Source: an uncultured Acidobacteriota bacterium (lineage in GTDB: Bacteria > Acidobacteriota > Thermoanaerobaculia > Multivoradales > SZUA-115). From it: 64,000 nt of DNA. Positions 9,027 through 17,795 of this stretch are shown piece after piece (the stretch's first letter is position 1; each line of letters starts with the position of its first letter). The DNA lies in NCBI GenBank assembly GCA_963805975.1, contig CAWDVR010000002.1:64001-128000 (forward strand), written 5' to 3'. Below the pieces are notes generated by a model. The model was not told the origin of the DNA. It was given only the letters and a program-made list of their open reading frames with translations, and ran no database searches. A program made the position numbers and the translations under genes.

Positions 9027-9158
9027 CCAACCAAGGCGCCGGGCTCTGCGACCGTGCCGAGCAGGCTCGAGACCAAGCGGCCGGCAAGGCCTGCCGTTCT
9101 TGCAGACGGATTTTCCGCTGCCAGCGGCACGGGGGTCGCAAATTCGTGTTCAGCGCGC

Positions 9159-9174
9159 TGGCACGACGCTTGCC
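9159..9174 (+). promoter_or_regulatory. sigma54 -24/-12 promoter for the lipoprotein gene
   Basis: TGGCACGACGCTTGCC matches the TGGCACG-N4-TTGC consensus; weaker copy CGGCACGGGGGTCGCA at 9125-9140. Confidence 0.85.
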
Positions 9175-9228
9175 CTGTTCTCTGCCGAGCCTACGGGCTC
9201 CTTCCCTAGACCAAATGGAGAAACAATC

Positions 9229-9756
9229 ATGATTCGAACCCCACAGTTCGTTCTCGCAGCGATGATCATCGCCGCCCTCTCAGTCAGCGCTTGCCAGCCC
9301 GCCCACAACGAGCGGGCCGCGGATACCGCCAAGGGTGCTCCCACCCCCGCGGTGAGCGAGCAGGAGAAGCCCGGCACCGCGAACCCGAGCGATCTCTCCC
9401 CGGCCCAGGCCGAGATCCGCATCGACGACGTGACCCTGGGTTACGCCGTCGCCGCCGACGACACCATCCCCACCGAGCAGAAGGGCGACGATTTCGCCCG
9501 CGAGACGGTGTACGTGTCGATGAAGGTGGAAGACACCCCGGCCGGTTCGGTGGTGAAGACGGCTTGGTTCGCTCCCGGCGACCTGCGCGTCCACGAGGAC
9601 ACCAAGACGGTGGCGAATGGCCAGCAGCACCTGAGCTTCAAGGCCGATACCAAGGACTGGGCGCTCGGCGACTACCGGGTCGAGGTCTGGCTCGGCGACG
9701 AGAAGGTGGCCACCGAGCACTTCAACATCGTGGCCTCGCGCGAGAGCCAGGTCTGA
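9229..9756 (+). CDS. Hypothetical lipoprotein with a C-terminal Ig-like fold
   Basis: Lipobox VSAC after a hydrophobic stretch; WALGDYRVEVWL; SD GGAG. Confidence 0.75.
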   Translation: MIRTPQFVLAAMIIAALSVSACQPAHNERAADTAKGAPTPAVSEQEKPGTANPSDLSPAQAEIRIDDVTLGYAVAADDTIPTEQKGDDFARETVYVSMKVEDTPAGSVVKTAWFAPGDLRVHEDTKTVANGQQHLSFKADTKDWALGDYRVEVWLGDEKVATEHFNIVASRESQV

Positions 9757-9790
9757 CGCAGCTCTCCAGGATCTCTCTCGTGAAACGAAC

Positions 9791-9827
9791 GCGGGGGCGC
9801 ACCACAGGGCGCGTTCCCGCTTTTTTT
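9791..9827 (+). terminator. Intrinsic terminator
   Basis: GCGGGGGCGC...GCGTTCCCGC stem (with G-U pairs) followed by T7. Confidence 0.65.
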
Positions 9828-9846
9828 GTGCGTTAGCATCGCCGCC

Positions 9847-11061
9847 GTGAGCGAGGATCGGCCTCCCGGCCTGGCGTGGTTCCACACCTCCCCGCACCGC
9901 CGGCGACTGGTCGGGATGCTGGTCGGCATCGCCTCGCCGGTTCTGCTCATCGAGCTGCGCATAGTCTTCGAGGCCGATCCGGGCGCCTCGCCGTTCCTGC
10001 TCTTCGGTCTCGTCGTGGTCACCGCTTCCTGGATCGGAGGCCTCGATGCCGGGCTCGCTGCCATGCTGAGCTTTCTCGCCACCAGCTACTCGCTGCTCGC
10101 CCCACCCTGGGACTGGAAGACGCTGGTCGTGGCGCTCGTCGAAGGCACGCTGATGTCCTGGCTCGGCTCGACGCGCCTCAAGGCGATCCTGAGCTGGACC
10201 AACCTGCGCCAGGAGCTCGAGCAGCGCATCGACCGGCGGACCTCGCAGCTCGCGCGCACCAACGTCCGTCTGCAGGAAGAGGTGGAGGCGCACGAGCTGA
10301 CGATCGGCAACCTGGTCAGCGCGACCGGCCAGCTCACCAGCAGCAACAAGGAGCTCGAGCTGTTCGCCTCCGCCGCCTCGCACGACTTGCAAGAACCGTT
10401 GCGCAAGATTCGCACCTTCGCCGATCGGCTGCTCAACCGCCACGCCGAGGGGGTGAGCGACGCGGCGCGCGACGACCTGGCGCGGATCGCGCGCGCGGCC
10501 GAGCGCATGTCGACCCTGATCGAGGGGTTGCTCGCCTACTCGCGTCTCGCCAGGCAGAGCGGCATCGCCCGGCAGGTGGATCTCGACGAGGTGGTTCGCG
10601 GCGTGCTCAGCGACCTCGCCCTGCTGATCGAGTCCGGCGGCGCCAGGGTCGAGGTGGGGCCGCTGCCGACTATCGAGGCCGACGAGGTGCAGATGCGCCA
10701 GCTCTTCCAGAACCTGATCTCGAATGCGCTCAAGTTCGTGGCTCCCGAGGCACCGGCCGAGATCCGTGTCCACGGTGAGGTCGATCCCTCTGCCGTGCCG
10801 CCCTTCTGCCGCCTCTTCGTCGCCGACCGCGGCATCGGCTTCGAGCCTCGCTACCGCGAGAAAGTGTTCGACATGTTCCAGCGCCTCCACGAACGCGGGC
10901 GTTACGAGGGGAGCGGCATCGGCCTGGCGATCTGCCGCAAGATCGTCGAGCGGCACGGCGGCACGATCGAGGTGTCGAGCGAGGTCGGGCGGGGCTCGAC
11001 CTTCGTCGTGACCCTGCCCCTCGAGCAACCGGCGCCCGCAGCCACTGAGATCGAGATCTGA
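9847..11061 (+). CDS. Membrane sensor histidine kinase (ASHDLQEPLR subfamily)
   Basis: N-terminal TM helices, coiled coil, H-box ASHDLQEPLRKI, N-box QNLISNALKF, DRGIG, GSGIGLAIC; exact start uncertain. Confidence 0.92.
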   Translation: MSEDRPPGLAWFHTSPHRRRLVGMLVGIASPVLLIELRIVFEADPGASPFLLFGLVVVTASWIGGLDAGLAAMLSFLATSYSLLAPPWDWKTLVVALVEGTLMSWLGSTRLKAILSWTNLRQELEQRIDRRTSQLARTNVRLQEEVEAHELTIGNLVSATGQLTSSNKELELFASAASHDLQEPLRKIRTFADRLLNRHAEGVSDAARDDLARIARAAERMSTLIEGLLAYSRLARQSGIARQVDLDEVVRGVLSDLALLIESGGARVEVGPLPTIEADEVQMRQLFQNLISNALKFVAPEAPAEIRVHGEVDPSAVPPFCRLFVADRGIGFEPRYREKVFDMFQRLHERGRYEGSGIGLAICRKIVERHGGTIEVSSEVGRGSTFVVTLPLEQPAPAATEIEI

Positions 11062-11070
11062 AAGAGAGGG

Positions 11071-11514
11071 ATGGAAATGGCAAGTATTGACAAGGACGGC
11101 GAAGCCGGCCCCGGGCTCCTGGAGCGCGCGGCCCAGGCCGTCACCTGCTGGTCGGGGACCGATCAGGCCTTCGCCCTGGCCGTGGGGACAGTCGCCGCCT
11201 GGCTGGTGACGGGACCGATCTTCGACTACTCGAACACCTGGCAACTGGTCATCAACACCGGCACCACGATCATCACGTTTCTGATGGTCTTCCTCATCCA
11301 GCGCTCCCAAAACAAAGAGGCGCGAGCCCTGCAGGTCAAGCTCAACGAGCTGATCTCGGCCATCGGTCCGGCAAGCAACCGCCTGATCGGCGCCGAGGAG
11401 CTGTCGGAGCGCGAGCTCGAGGCGCTGGCGCATCACTACAAGCTGCTGACCCAGCGCCTCGAGCCCGGTTCTCGGGAGGCGCCAGAGATTCCTGATTCAT
11501 CAATCCTTAAATAG
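11071..11514 (+). CDS. Low-affinity iron permease (Fet4-like) family small membrane protein
   Basis: YSNTWQLVINTGTTIITFLMVFLIQRSQN..LQVKLNELI signature. Confidence 0.85.
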   Translation: MEMASIDKDGEAGPGLLERAAQAVTCWSGTDQAFALAVGTVAAWLVTGPIFDYSNTWQLVINTGTTIITFLMVFLIQRSQNKEARALQVKLNELISAIGPASNRLIGAEELSERELEALAHHYKLLTQRLEPGSREAPEIPDSSILK

Positions 11515-11603
11515 ATGGCGGTCGAAACCGGCTATGGAACGGTGCGGCCATGGTATGGTGGACTTCGCATCGCCAACCAGTCCCCAGCCGAGGATTCGGA
11601 ACC

Positions 11604-12068
11604 ATGAACGGACCCGTCAGAAGCGCAGGAATCGTCCTCGTCGACGACGACCCCGAGGACCGAATGCTGATCCGCGAAGCCCTCGTCGAGGCCATGGTGA
11701 CCAACCCACTGGCCGAAGTCGAAGACGGCGACGAGCTGCTGCGATACCTCACCCGCCCCGGCCCCGCCGCCGGCGGTCCCGACTCCGGCGGTCTGATCCT
11801 GCTCGATCTCAACCTGCCGGGCAAGGACGGCCTGCAGGTGCTGCGCGAGCTGAAACAGCATCCGCGGCTGCGCCGGATCCCGGTGGTGGTGCTCACCACC
11901 TCCACGGCGACCGAGGACGTCGAGGAGAGCTACGCCCTGGGTGCGAGCTCCTTCATCTCCAAGCCCACGGCGTTCGGCGAGCTGGTGCGGCTGATGAGGA
12001 CCCTGGGCGACTACTGGTTCGCCGCCGTGCGCCTTCCCGCCGAGGTCGCTTCGCATGGAGCCGCGTAG
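11604..12068 (+). CDS. Single-domain response regulator (Rcp1-like)
   Basis: LVDDD, LLDLNLPGKDG, IPVVVLTTS, FISKP, YWF C-terminus. Confidence 0.92.
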   Translation: MNGPVRSAGIVLVDDDPEDRMLIREALVEAMVTNPLAEVEDGDELLRYLTRPGPAAGGPDSGGLILLDLNLPGKDGLQVLRELKQHPRLRRIPVVVLTTSTATEDVEESYALGASSFISKPTAFGELVRLMRTLGDYWFAAVRLPAEVASHGAA

Positions 12069-13644
12069 GCTGCGAGTTCTCCTGGTCGAGGACGACGAAG
12101 ACGACTCCCTCCTGACCGGCGAGCTGCTGGCCGAGATCCCCGACGTCGAGCTCTCCTGTGACTGGGCGCCGAGCTACGCCGACGGGCTCGAGAGGCTGGC
12201 GGCTGGCAGGTTCGACGCTTGCCTGGTCGACCACTTCCTGGGCGCTCGCACCGGCGTGGACTTCGTGCGCGAGGCCTCGACGCTCGCCAGTCCGCCGCCG
12301 ATGATCCTCCTGACCGGCGCCGCGTCGCGCGAGATCGACCTCGCGGCGATGGCGGCGGGCGCCTCGGACTTCCTGCAAAAGGAGGGGCTGACGGCGGCGC
12401 TCCTCGACCGTTCGATCCGCTACTCGATCCAGAAGCAGCAGGCCGCGAGCGCCGCCCTCGAGCTGGTGCTCGAGCGCGCGGCGCGGAGCGCGGCCGAGGA
12501 CGCCAACCGCGCCAAGGACCAGTTCCTGGCCCGCCTGAGCCACGAGCTGCGGACCCCGCTCGCTCCCATCCTCGCGGTGGCGACGCTGCTCGAGGACGAG
12601 CCGGAGCTCTCCGCCGCGGGCCGCGAACAGCTCGTGGTGCTGCGCCGCAACGCCGAGCAGGAAGCTCGGCTGATCGACGACCTGCTCGACATCACCCGTA
12701 TCGTCCACGGCACCTTCGAGCTCAAGAAAGAGCAGGTCGAGGTGGCCACGCTGCTCTCGGAGATGGTCGAGAACGCAGCCGGCGGCACGCCGGACCGGAG
12801 GCCCGAGGTCCGCCTGGCGCTCGCCGCGGACGACCATCGCGTGTGGGGCGACGCGGCCCGCCTGGAGCAGGCCTTCGCCAACCTGCTTTCGAACGCGGTG
12901 CGCTGCACGCCGCCGGACGGGGTGATCACAGTGCGCACCGGCAAGGAGGCGGCTTGGCTCGCGGTCGAGATCGCGGACACCGGCTGCGGATTCGAGCCCG
13001 GCGACGCGCCCCGGCTGTTCGAGGCCTTCGAGCGCGGGGCGGGCGCCGGCACCGGCGGCCTCGGCCTGGGGCTCTCCATCGTGCGCTCGATCGTCGCCGC
13101 GCACGGCGGCCACGTCGCGGCGCTGAGCGAGGGCCGCGACCGGGGCGCGACGTTCACCGTGCGGCTGCCCCGGGTGCTGATGCCGGAGGCTCCGCCGGCT
13201 GGGGCTTTCGAGGCCAGCGAACGGCAGGCGGCCGGGACCGCGGCACCGGGTGAGCCCGCGCTCCACCTGCTGCTGGTCGAGGACCACGAGGACACTGCCT
13301 TTGCCACCGCGGCGCTCCTGCGGCGCCTCGGCCACCGCGTGACCAGGGCGGCCGGGGTGAGCGATGCGCGGGCGGCGGTCGTCACCGGCGAACGGATCGA
13401 CCTGGTGGTGAGCGATCTCTGGCTGGGTGAGGAGAGCGGGCTCGACCTGATGCAGGAGCTGGTTCGGGAGCATGGCCTGCGGGGTATCGCGCTCTCCGGC
13501 CTGGGCGGGAGCGAAGCCGTCGAGCGCTGCCGCGAGGCCGGCTTTTCCCGCCATCTCACCAAGCCGGTCTCCTACGAAGAGCTGGCGAGCGCCATCCGAG
13601 AGGTCGCCGCCGGCTCCCCGGGTCTGATATCTTTTTCCACTTGA
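12055..13644 (+). CDS. Cytoplasmic hybrid histidine kinase REC-HisKA-HATPase-REC
   Basis: N-terminal receiver, LSHELRTPL, NLLSNAV, GLGLGLSIV, C-terminal receiver (LVEDH, VSDL, LTKP). Confidence 0.92.
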   Translation: MEPRRLRVLLVEDDEDDSLLTGELLAEIPDVELSCDWAPSYADGLERLAAGRFDACLVDHFLGARTGVDFVREASTLASPPPMILLTGAASREIDLAAMAAGASDFLQKEGLTAALLDRSIRYSIQKQQAASAALELVLERAARSAAEDANRAKDQFLARLSHELRTPLAPILAVATLLEDEPELSAAGREQLVVLRRNAEQEARLIDDLLDITRIVHGTFELKKEQVEVATLLSEMVENAAGGTPDRRPEVRLALAADDHRVWGDAARLEQAFANLLSNAVRCTPPDGVITVRTGKEAAWLAVEIADTGCGFEPGDAPRLFEAFERGAGAGTGGLGLGLSIVRSIVAAHGGHVAALSEGRDRGATFTVRLPRVLMPEAPPAGAFEASERQAAGTAAPGEPALHLLLVEDHEDTAFATAALLRRLGHRVTRAAGVSDARAAVVTGERIDLVVSDLWLGEESGLDLMQELVREHGLRGIALSGLGGSEAVERCREAGFSRHLTKPVSYEELASAIREVAAGSPGLISFST

Positions 13645-14342
13645 CCGGCCAACCCCTGGAAGAGCATGGTCTGTCGCATGGGAGCCATCTCCTGTGCAGC
13701 GAGCAGTTTCGCGCGCTCGCCCGCTTCCGCTCGTCGATCGAGCACGAGCTGCGCAGCCCCTTGAACTCGCTCGGCCTCAATCTCGAGCTGCTCTCGAACG
13801 AGGTGGCGGACCTGGGTGGCGGGGCGGCAGGAGCCTTGGCCGAGACCCTCGCCTCGCTCCGCCAGGCCGTGGGCCGCATGACCGGCAATGTCGAATCTTT
13901 GCTGCGCACCGTTCTGCCTTCCGGCCACCGCCGCACCGAGGTCGTGGACCTCGACCGCGCGCTGGCCGAGCTGGCCGCGCTCTGCCGCCTCGAGGCGCGG
14001 CTCGCCCGGGTGTCCACCACGGTCGAGCTGCCGGGCCGTCCGTGGGCTGTCGAGGTCGAGGGCGAGGCCCTGCGGCAGGCGCTGCTGATGGTGGCGGCCG
14101 AGGCGCTCGAGCACGCGGTGACCGGTGGCGCGATCGCCATCTCGCTCGGCGGCGAGGCCGGGGCTCCGGTGATCCGCTTCGAGGTCCGGCCCTGGCGACA
14201 GGCGGCGGCCGGCGACGGCAGCCCCGCTCTCGGGCTGGCGGCAAAAGCTCTGGGCGCCATCCTCGAACGGCAGGCGGGCGAGGGATCACTCGTCATCGAA
14301 ATGAGGCTCGAAGTGGCCTCGGAGGGCGGCGAGCCATGTTGA
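13641..14342 (+). CDS. HisKA (DHp) protein with a degenerate ATPase domain; possible phosphotransferase
   Basis: H-box EHELRSPLN is intact; the N-box position reads LRQALLMVAAEALE (no Asn) and G1/G2 boxes are not recognisable; overlaps both neighbours. Confidence 0.7.
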   Translation: MTGQPLEEHGLSHGSHLLCSEQFRALARFRSSIEHELRSPLNSLGLNLELLSNEVADLGGGAAGALAETLASLRQAVGRMTGNVESLLRTVLPSGHRRTEVVDLDRALAELAALCRLEARLARVSTTVELPGRPWAVEVEGEALRQALLMVAAEALEHAVTGGAIAISLGGEAGAPVIRFEVRPWRQAAAGDGSPALGLAAKALGAILERQAGEGSLVIEMRLEVASEGGEPC

Positions 14343-15742
14343 GCGCACTGATCGTAGACGACGACGAATCCTCGGCCCGCGCCCTGGCCCGGGTGGTCAA
14401 GGACGAGGGCTACGTCCCTTTCACCGTGGCGAGCCTCGCCGCGGCGCGCCAGCGCATCGAGGAGCAGCCGCCGACCCTGGCCCTGGTCGACCTCATGCTG
14501 CCCGACGGGCACGGCCTCGAGCTGCAGGAGACCTTGAGCGAGGTGGCGCCCGACTGCGCGGTGGTGGTGATCACCGGCCACGCCTCGATCGACACCGCCG
14601 TCGACGCACTGCGCCGCGGCGTCGCCGACTACCTGACCAAGCCGATCGACATGGCGCGGCTCAAGACGGTGTTCGTCCACCTGAAGCGCAAGCGGGAGAT
14701 GGACGTCGAGATCGGGGCGCTGCGCGACGAGCTCAAGGGGCTGGGCCGCTTCGCCGGCATCGTCGGCTCCTCGTCGGCGATGCAGCGCCTGTTCGACCAC
14801 ATCCAGCGCGTGGCCCCGACCCGCGCCACGGTCCTGGTGCTGGGCGAGAGCGGTACCGGCAAGGAGCTGGTGGCGCAGGCCGTCCACCGCCTGAGCAAGC
14901 GCCGCTCGCAGCCGCTGGTGACCGTCAACTGCGGCGCCATCTCGCCGCAACTGATCGAGAGCGAGCTCTTCGGCCACGAGCGAGGCAGCTTCACCGGCGC
15001 CGAGCGCCAGCACCAGGGCTACTTCGAGCGCGCCTCGCGCGGCACTCTGTTCCTGGACGAGGTCTCGGAGATGCCGCCCGAGCTGCAGGTGAAGCTGCTG
15101 CGGGTGCTGGAGACCGGGCAGGTGCTGCGCGTGGGGGGCCGCGAGCCGATCGCCGTCGACCTGCGGGTGGTGGCGGCCTCCAACCGCGACCTGGAGCAGG
15201 CGGTGAGCGAGGGCAAGTTCCGCCAGGATCTGCTCTACCGGCTCAAGGTCTTCCCCATCTATCTGCCTCCCCTCTCCGAGCGCGGGAGCGACGTCGAGCA
15301 GTTGGCGGAGCACTTCCTGGCCGAGCTCAACCGCGCCGAAGGCCGGCGCCAGCGGCTCTCCGCCGAGGCCGTGGCGGCGCTCTCCCGCCACCACTGGCCG
15401 GGCAACGTGCGCGAGCTCAAGAACACGATCCACCGCGCCTCGATCCTGGCCGGCGACGAGATCACGGTCGCGGACCTGCCGTCCGACATCCTGGGCGACG
15501 CCGCCCTGCCAGAGCCGGGCGCGCTGCGCGTGGCGCCTGGCACCCCGCTCGCCGACGTGCAGCGCCGGCTGGTGCTCGCCACCATGAACGAGTTCGACCA
15601 GGACCGGTCGCGCACCGCCGACGCGCTCGGCATCAGCGTGCGCACGCTCTACAACTGGCTGAAGGAGTACCAGGCCCAGGGTGCCTGGAGCGGCGACGAC
15701 AAGGCCGAGGAGCCGGCCGTGCCCGTCGGCCAGGAGAGCTAG
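14336..15742 (+). CDS. sigma54-dependent response regulator (NtrC family, REC-AAA+-HTH)
   Basis: GESGTGKE, ESELFGHERGSFTGA, LFLDE, FRQDLLYRL, WPGNVREL, Fis-type HTH; ATG at 14336. Confidence 0.95.
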   Translation: MLSALIVDDDESSARALARVVKDEGYVPFTVASLAAARQRIEEQPPTLALVDLMLPDGHGLELQETLSEVAPDCAVVVITGHASIDTAVDALRRGVADYLTKPIDMARLKTVFVHLKRKREMDVEIGALRDELKGLGRFAGIVGSSSAMQRLFDHIQRVAPTRATVLVLGESGTGKELVAQAVHRLSKRRSQPLVTVNCGAISPQLIESELFGHERGSFTGAERQHQGYFERASRGTLFLDEVSEMPPELQVKLLRVLETGQVLRVGGREPIAVDLRVVAASNRDLEQAVSEGKFRQDLLYRLKVFPIYLPPLSERGSDVEQLAEHFLAELNRAEGRRQRLSAEAVAALSRHHWPGNVRELKNTIHRASILAGDEITVADLPSDILGDAALPEPGALRVAPGTPLADVQRRLVLATMNEFDQDRSRTADALGISVRTLYNWLKEYQAQGAWSGDDKAEEPAVPVGQES

Positions 15743-15806
15743 GCCTCGGGAGGTCCTCGGACCACCATCCTCCTTCTTCTCTGCTCGTAACCTCCGGGAG
15801 ATCCTC

Positions 15807-16823
15807 ATGAGCTTGCCTCGACGCCTCGCCCTCGTGGCTGCCGCTGCCCTGCTCGTCCCGCTCACCGCTGCCGCGGCGCCGCAGGTCGCTCTCAAGCGCT
15901 ACCCGCCGGGCGCGCTCAAGCTCCTGCCGGTGCCCTCCTCCGCCTGCGCGCAGGGCCTGCGCTACGACGACGGCAGCTTCGAGAGCCGTCCGAGTGTCGG
16001 CGAGGCCGCGGCGCTCGACACGGTGATGGCGTTCGACCTGCCGGCAAACCCGAGCCAGCTCGGCAGGGTCTGCGTCTGCTGGACGCGGACCGGCGGTACC
16101 GAGACCGCCGACTTCGACCTCCTGGTCTACGACGACGACGGCTTTGCCAGCCAGCCCGGAAGTCTCCTCGCCGGGCTGGGCGGTCTCCAGGCCGAGAGCG
16201 TGCCGCTCTTCCCGCAGACGGCGTTCTACCAGCTCGACCTGGCGGCGCTCGGAGTGTCCCTGGCCTCGGAGCGCGTCTTCATCGGCCCCTCCTGGAACGC
16301 GCAGGCCCAGCCCGAGCTCCACGCCTGCGGTGACGACAACGGTCCCTCCCTCCAGCCCGTCCTCTACTCGACCGACCTCGGGACGAGCTGGAACGACCTT
16401 GCGGGGCTGTTTCCGAACCTCAAGGCGCTCGGCGTGCGAGCGGTGCTGGGGGCGGGGGGTGAGCCGTTCGACTGCGTGGCCGACGACACCACCCTCTGCC
16501 TGAACGACGGCCGCTTCCGGGTGCGGCTCACCTGGCGCGTTCCCGCCGGCAACCAGGGCGCCGGCCACGTGGTGCCGTTCGGCTCCAATGACTCGGGCCT
16601 GCTGTGGTTCTTCAACCCCGTCAACTGGGAGATGTTGGTGAAGGTGCTCGACGGCTGCACGGTGAACGACCGCTACTGGGTGTTCTTCGCCGCGGTCACC
16701 AACGTCGAGTTCACGCTCACCGTCACCGACTCGACGACCGGGGCCACCAAGACCTACGTCAACCCCCAGGGCAGCTCGGCCGACAGCATCACCGACACCG
16801 ACGCCTTCGCCGCCTGCCCGTAG
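15807..16823 (+). CDS. Secreted protein with a Cys-bounded C-terminal beta domain
   Basis: Signal peptide; C-terminal CVADDTTLCLNDGRFRV..WFF..NWEMLVKVLDGC..YWVF..TNVEFTLTVTD..TDTDAFAACP. Confidence 0.8.
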   Translation: MSLPRRLALVAAAALLVPLTAAAAPQVALKRYPPGALKLLPVPSSACAQGLRYDDGSFESRPSVGEAAALDTVMAFDLPANPSQLGRVCVCWTRTGGTETADFDLLVYDDDGFASQPGSLLAGLGGLQAESVPLFPQTAFYQLDLAALGVSLASERVFIGPSWNAQAQPELHACGDDNGPSLQPVLYSTDLGTSWNDLAGLFPNLKALGVRAVLGAGGEPFDCVADDTTLCLNDGRFRVRLTWRVPAGNQGAGHVVPFGSNDSGLLWFFNPVNWEMLVKVLDGCTVNDRYWVFFAAVTNVEFTLTVTDSTTGATKTYVNPQGSSADSITDTDAFAACP

Positions 16824-17660
16824 CTACCGCGCCACCGGCCGGCGGCGCAGCAACCAGGCCGCGGCACCGAACAGCGCCAGCGTCAGGAAGGCGAGGCCCC
16901 AGGCGGAGAGCACCGGGATCGCCGGCGGCTGCGTCGGGATGCCGCCCACGAAGTCGATGACGAGCTGCGGCGGCGCCGCGCCGCCGCCCGTCGCGATGCC
17001 GCTCTCGCGCGTGTCGAAGCGCTTGGCGGTCGCCGAGGTGGACTCGTTGCCGATCAGGATCCAGCCGAAGTTCGAGGCCGGGGTGTCGAGCCAGCCCTGC
17101 ACGTCGGCCACCATCTGGGCCGTCGAGCCCCAGGTGTAGGGTCCGTTGTCGTCCACGGCTTCGGTGGCGCTCACCGTGGGCGAGAAGTCGCCGCCCGGCG
17201 TGGCCCAGCTCGAGGTCGAGAAGAAGGTGTGCAACCAGGTGGCGTCGCCGGTGGTCGCCGGGGCACCACCGCCCCCGCCGCCGCTGGTGGCGTTCGAGGT
17301 GCCCTCGCCCCAATCGGCCGTCAGCCGGTGCAGGTCCACGGGCTCCGCACCGGCGATGGTCTGCGTCATGTTGAGCACCAGTTGCACGCTGTTGATGGTC
17401 GAGCCGGGCGGCACCGCGCCGGCCACGTCGAAGGCGACGACGCCCCGGCGGATGCTGGGGCCCTTGTTGTTCGTGCGCCCCACGAAGAGCGACACGCCGG
17501 CACCGTTGCTGGCCGGGCCGGTCTCGCCCAGGCTCGGGGCGACGAACTCGTAGAGCGTGTTGTCCTTGGTGGGAGTCAGGGAGACGATGTCGGCCGCCGC
17601 CGAGGCGGCCGCAAAGGCTAGGCCGCAGCAGGCGAGAGCCGCGCAGCAGTGCTTGGTCAC
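16824..17660 (-). CDS. Secreted DNRLRE-like domain protein with an IPTL-CTERM-like sorting tail
   Basis: GTG start with SD GGAGG, signal peptide, KDNTLYE, RRGVVAFD, WGEG; C-terminal IPVLSAWGL + TM + RRR. Confidence 0.8.
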   Translation of the reverse strand: MTKHCCAALACCGLAFAAASAAADIVSLTPTKDNTLYEFVAPSLGETGPASNGAGVSLFVGRTNNKGPSIRRGVVAFDVAGAVPPGSTINSVQLVLNMTQTIAGAEPVDLHRLTADWGEGTSNATSGGGGGGAPATTGDATWLHTFFSTSSWATPGGDFSPTVSATEAVDDNGPYTWGSTAQMVADVQGWLDTPASNFGWILIGNESTSATAKRFDTRESGIATGGGAAPPQLVIDFVGGIPTQPPAIPVLSAWGLAFLTLALFGAAAWLLRRRPVAR

Positions 17661-17795
17661 GAGAACCTCCGGTCGGAAAAGGATCGCGGGGGAGTCATCC
17701 CGCGCAAGATTCAAAAAACCAATGCATTATCGCTCGCGGCACACGGTTCAGGCAACGCCCTGCCGAGGAGGAGCGACCCGATCGAGGTCGCGGCG

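Noticed and set aside
13694-14335. 214-aa extension of the NtrC-type ORF
   Set aside because: Low-complexity Arg/Gly-rich frame overlapping the HisKA gene; the receiver domain starts at ATG 14336
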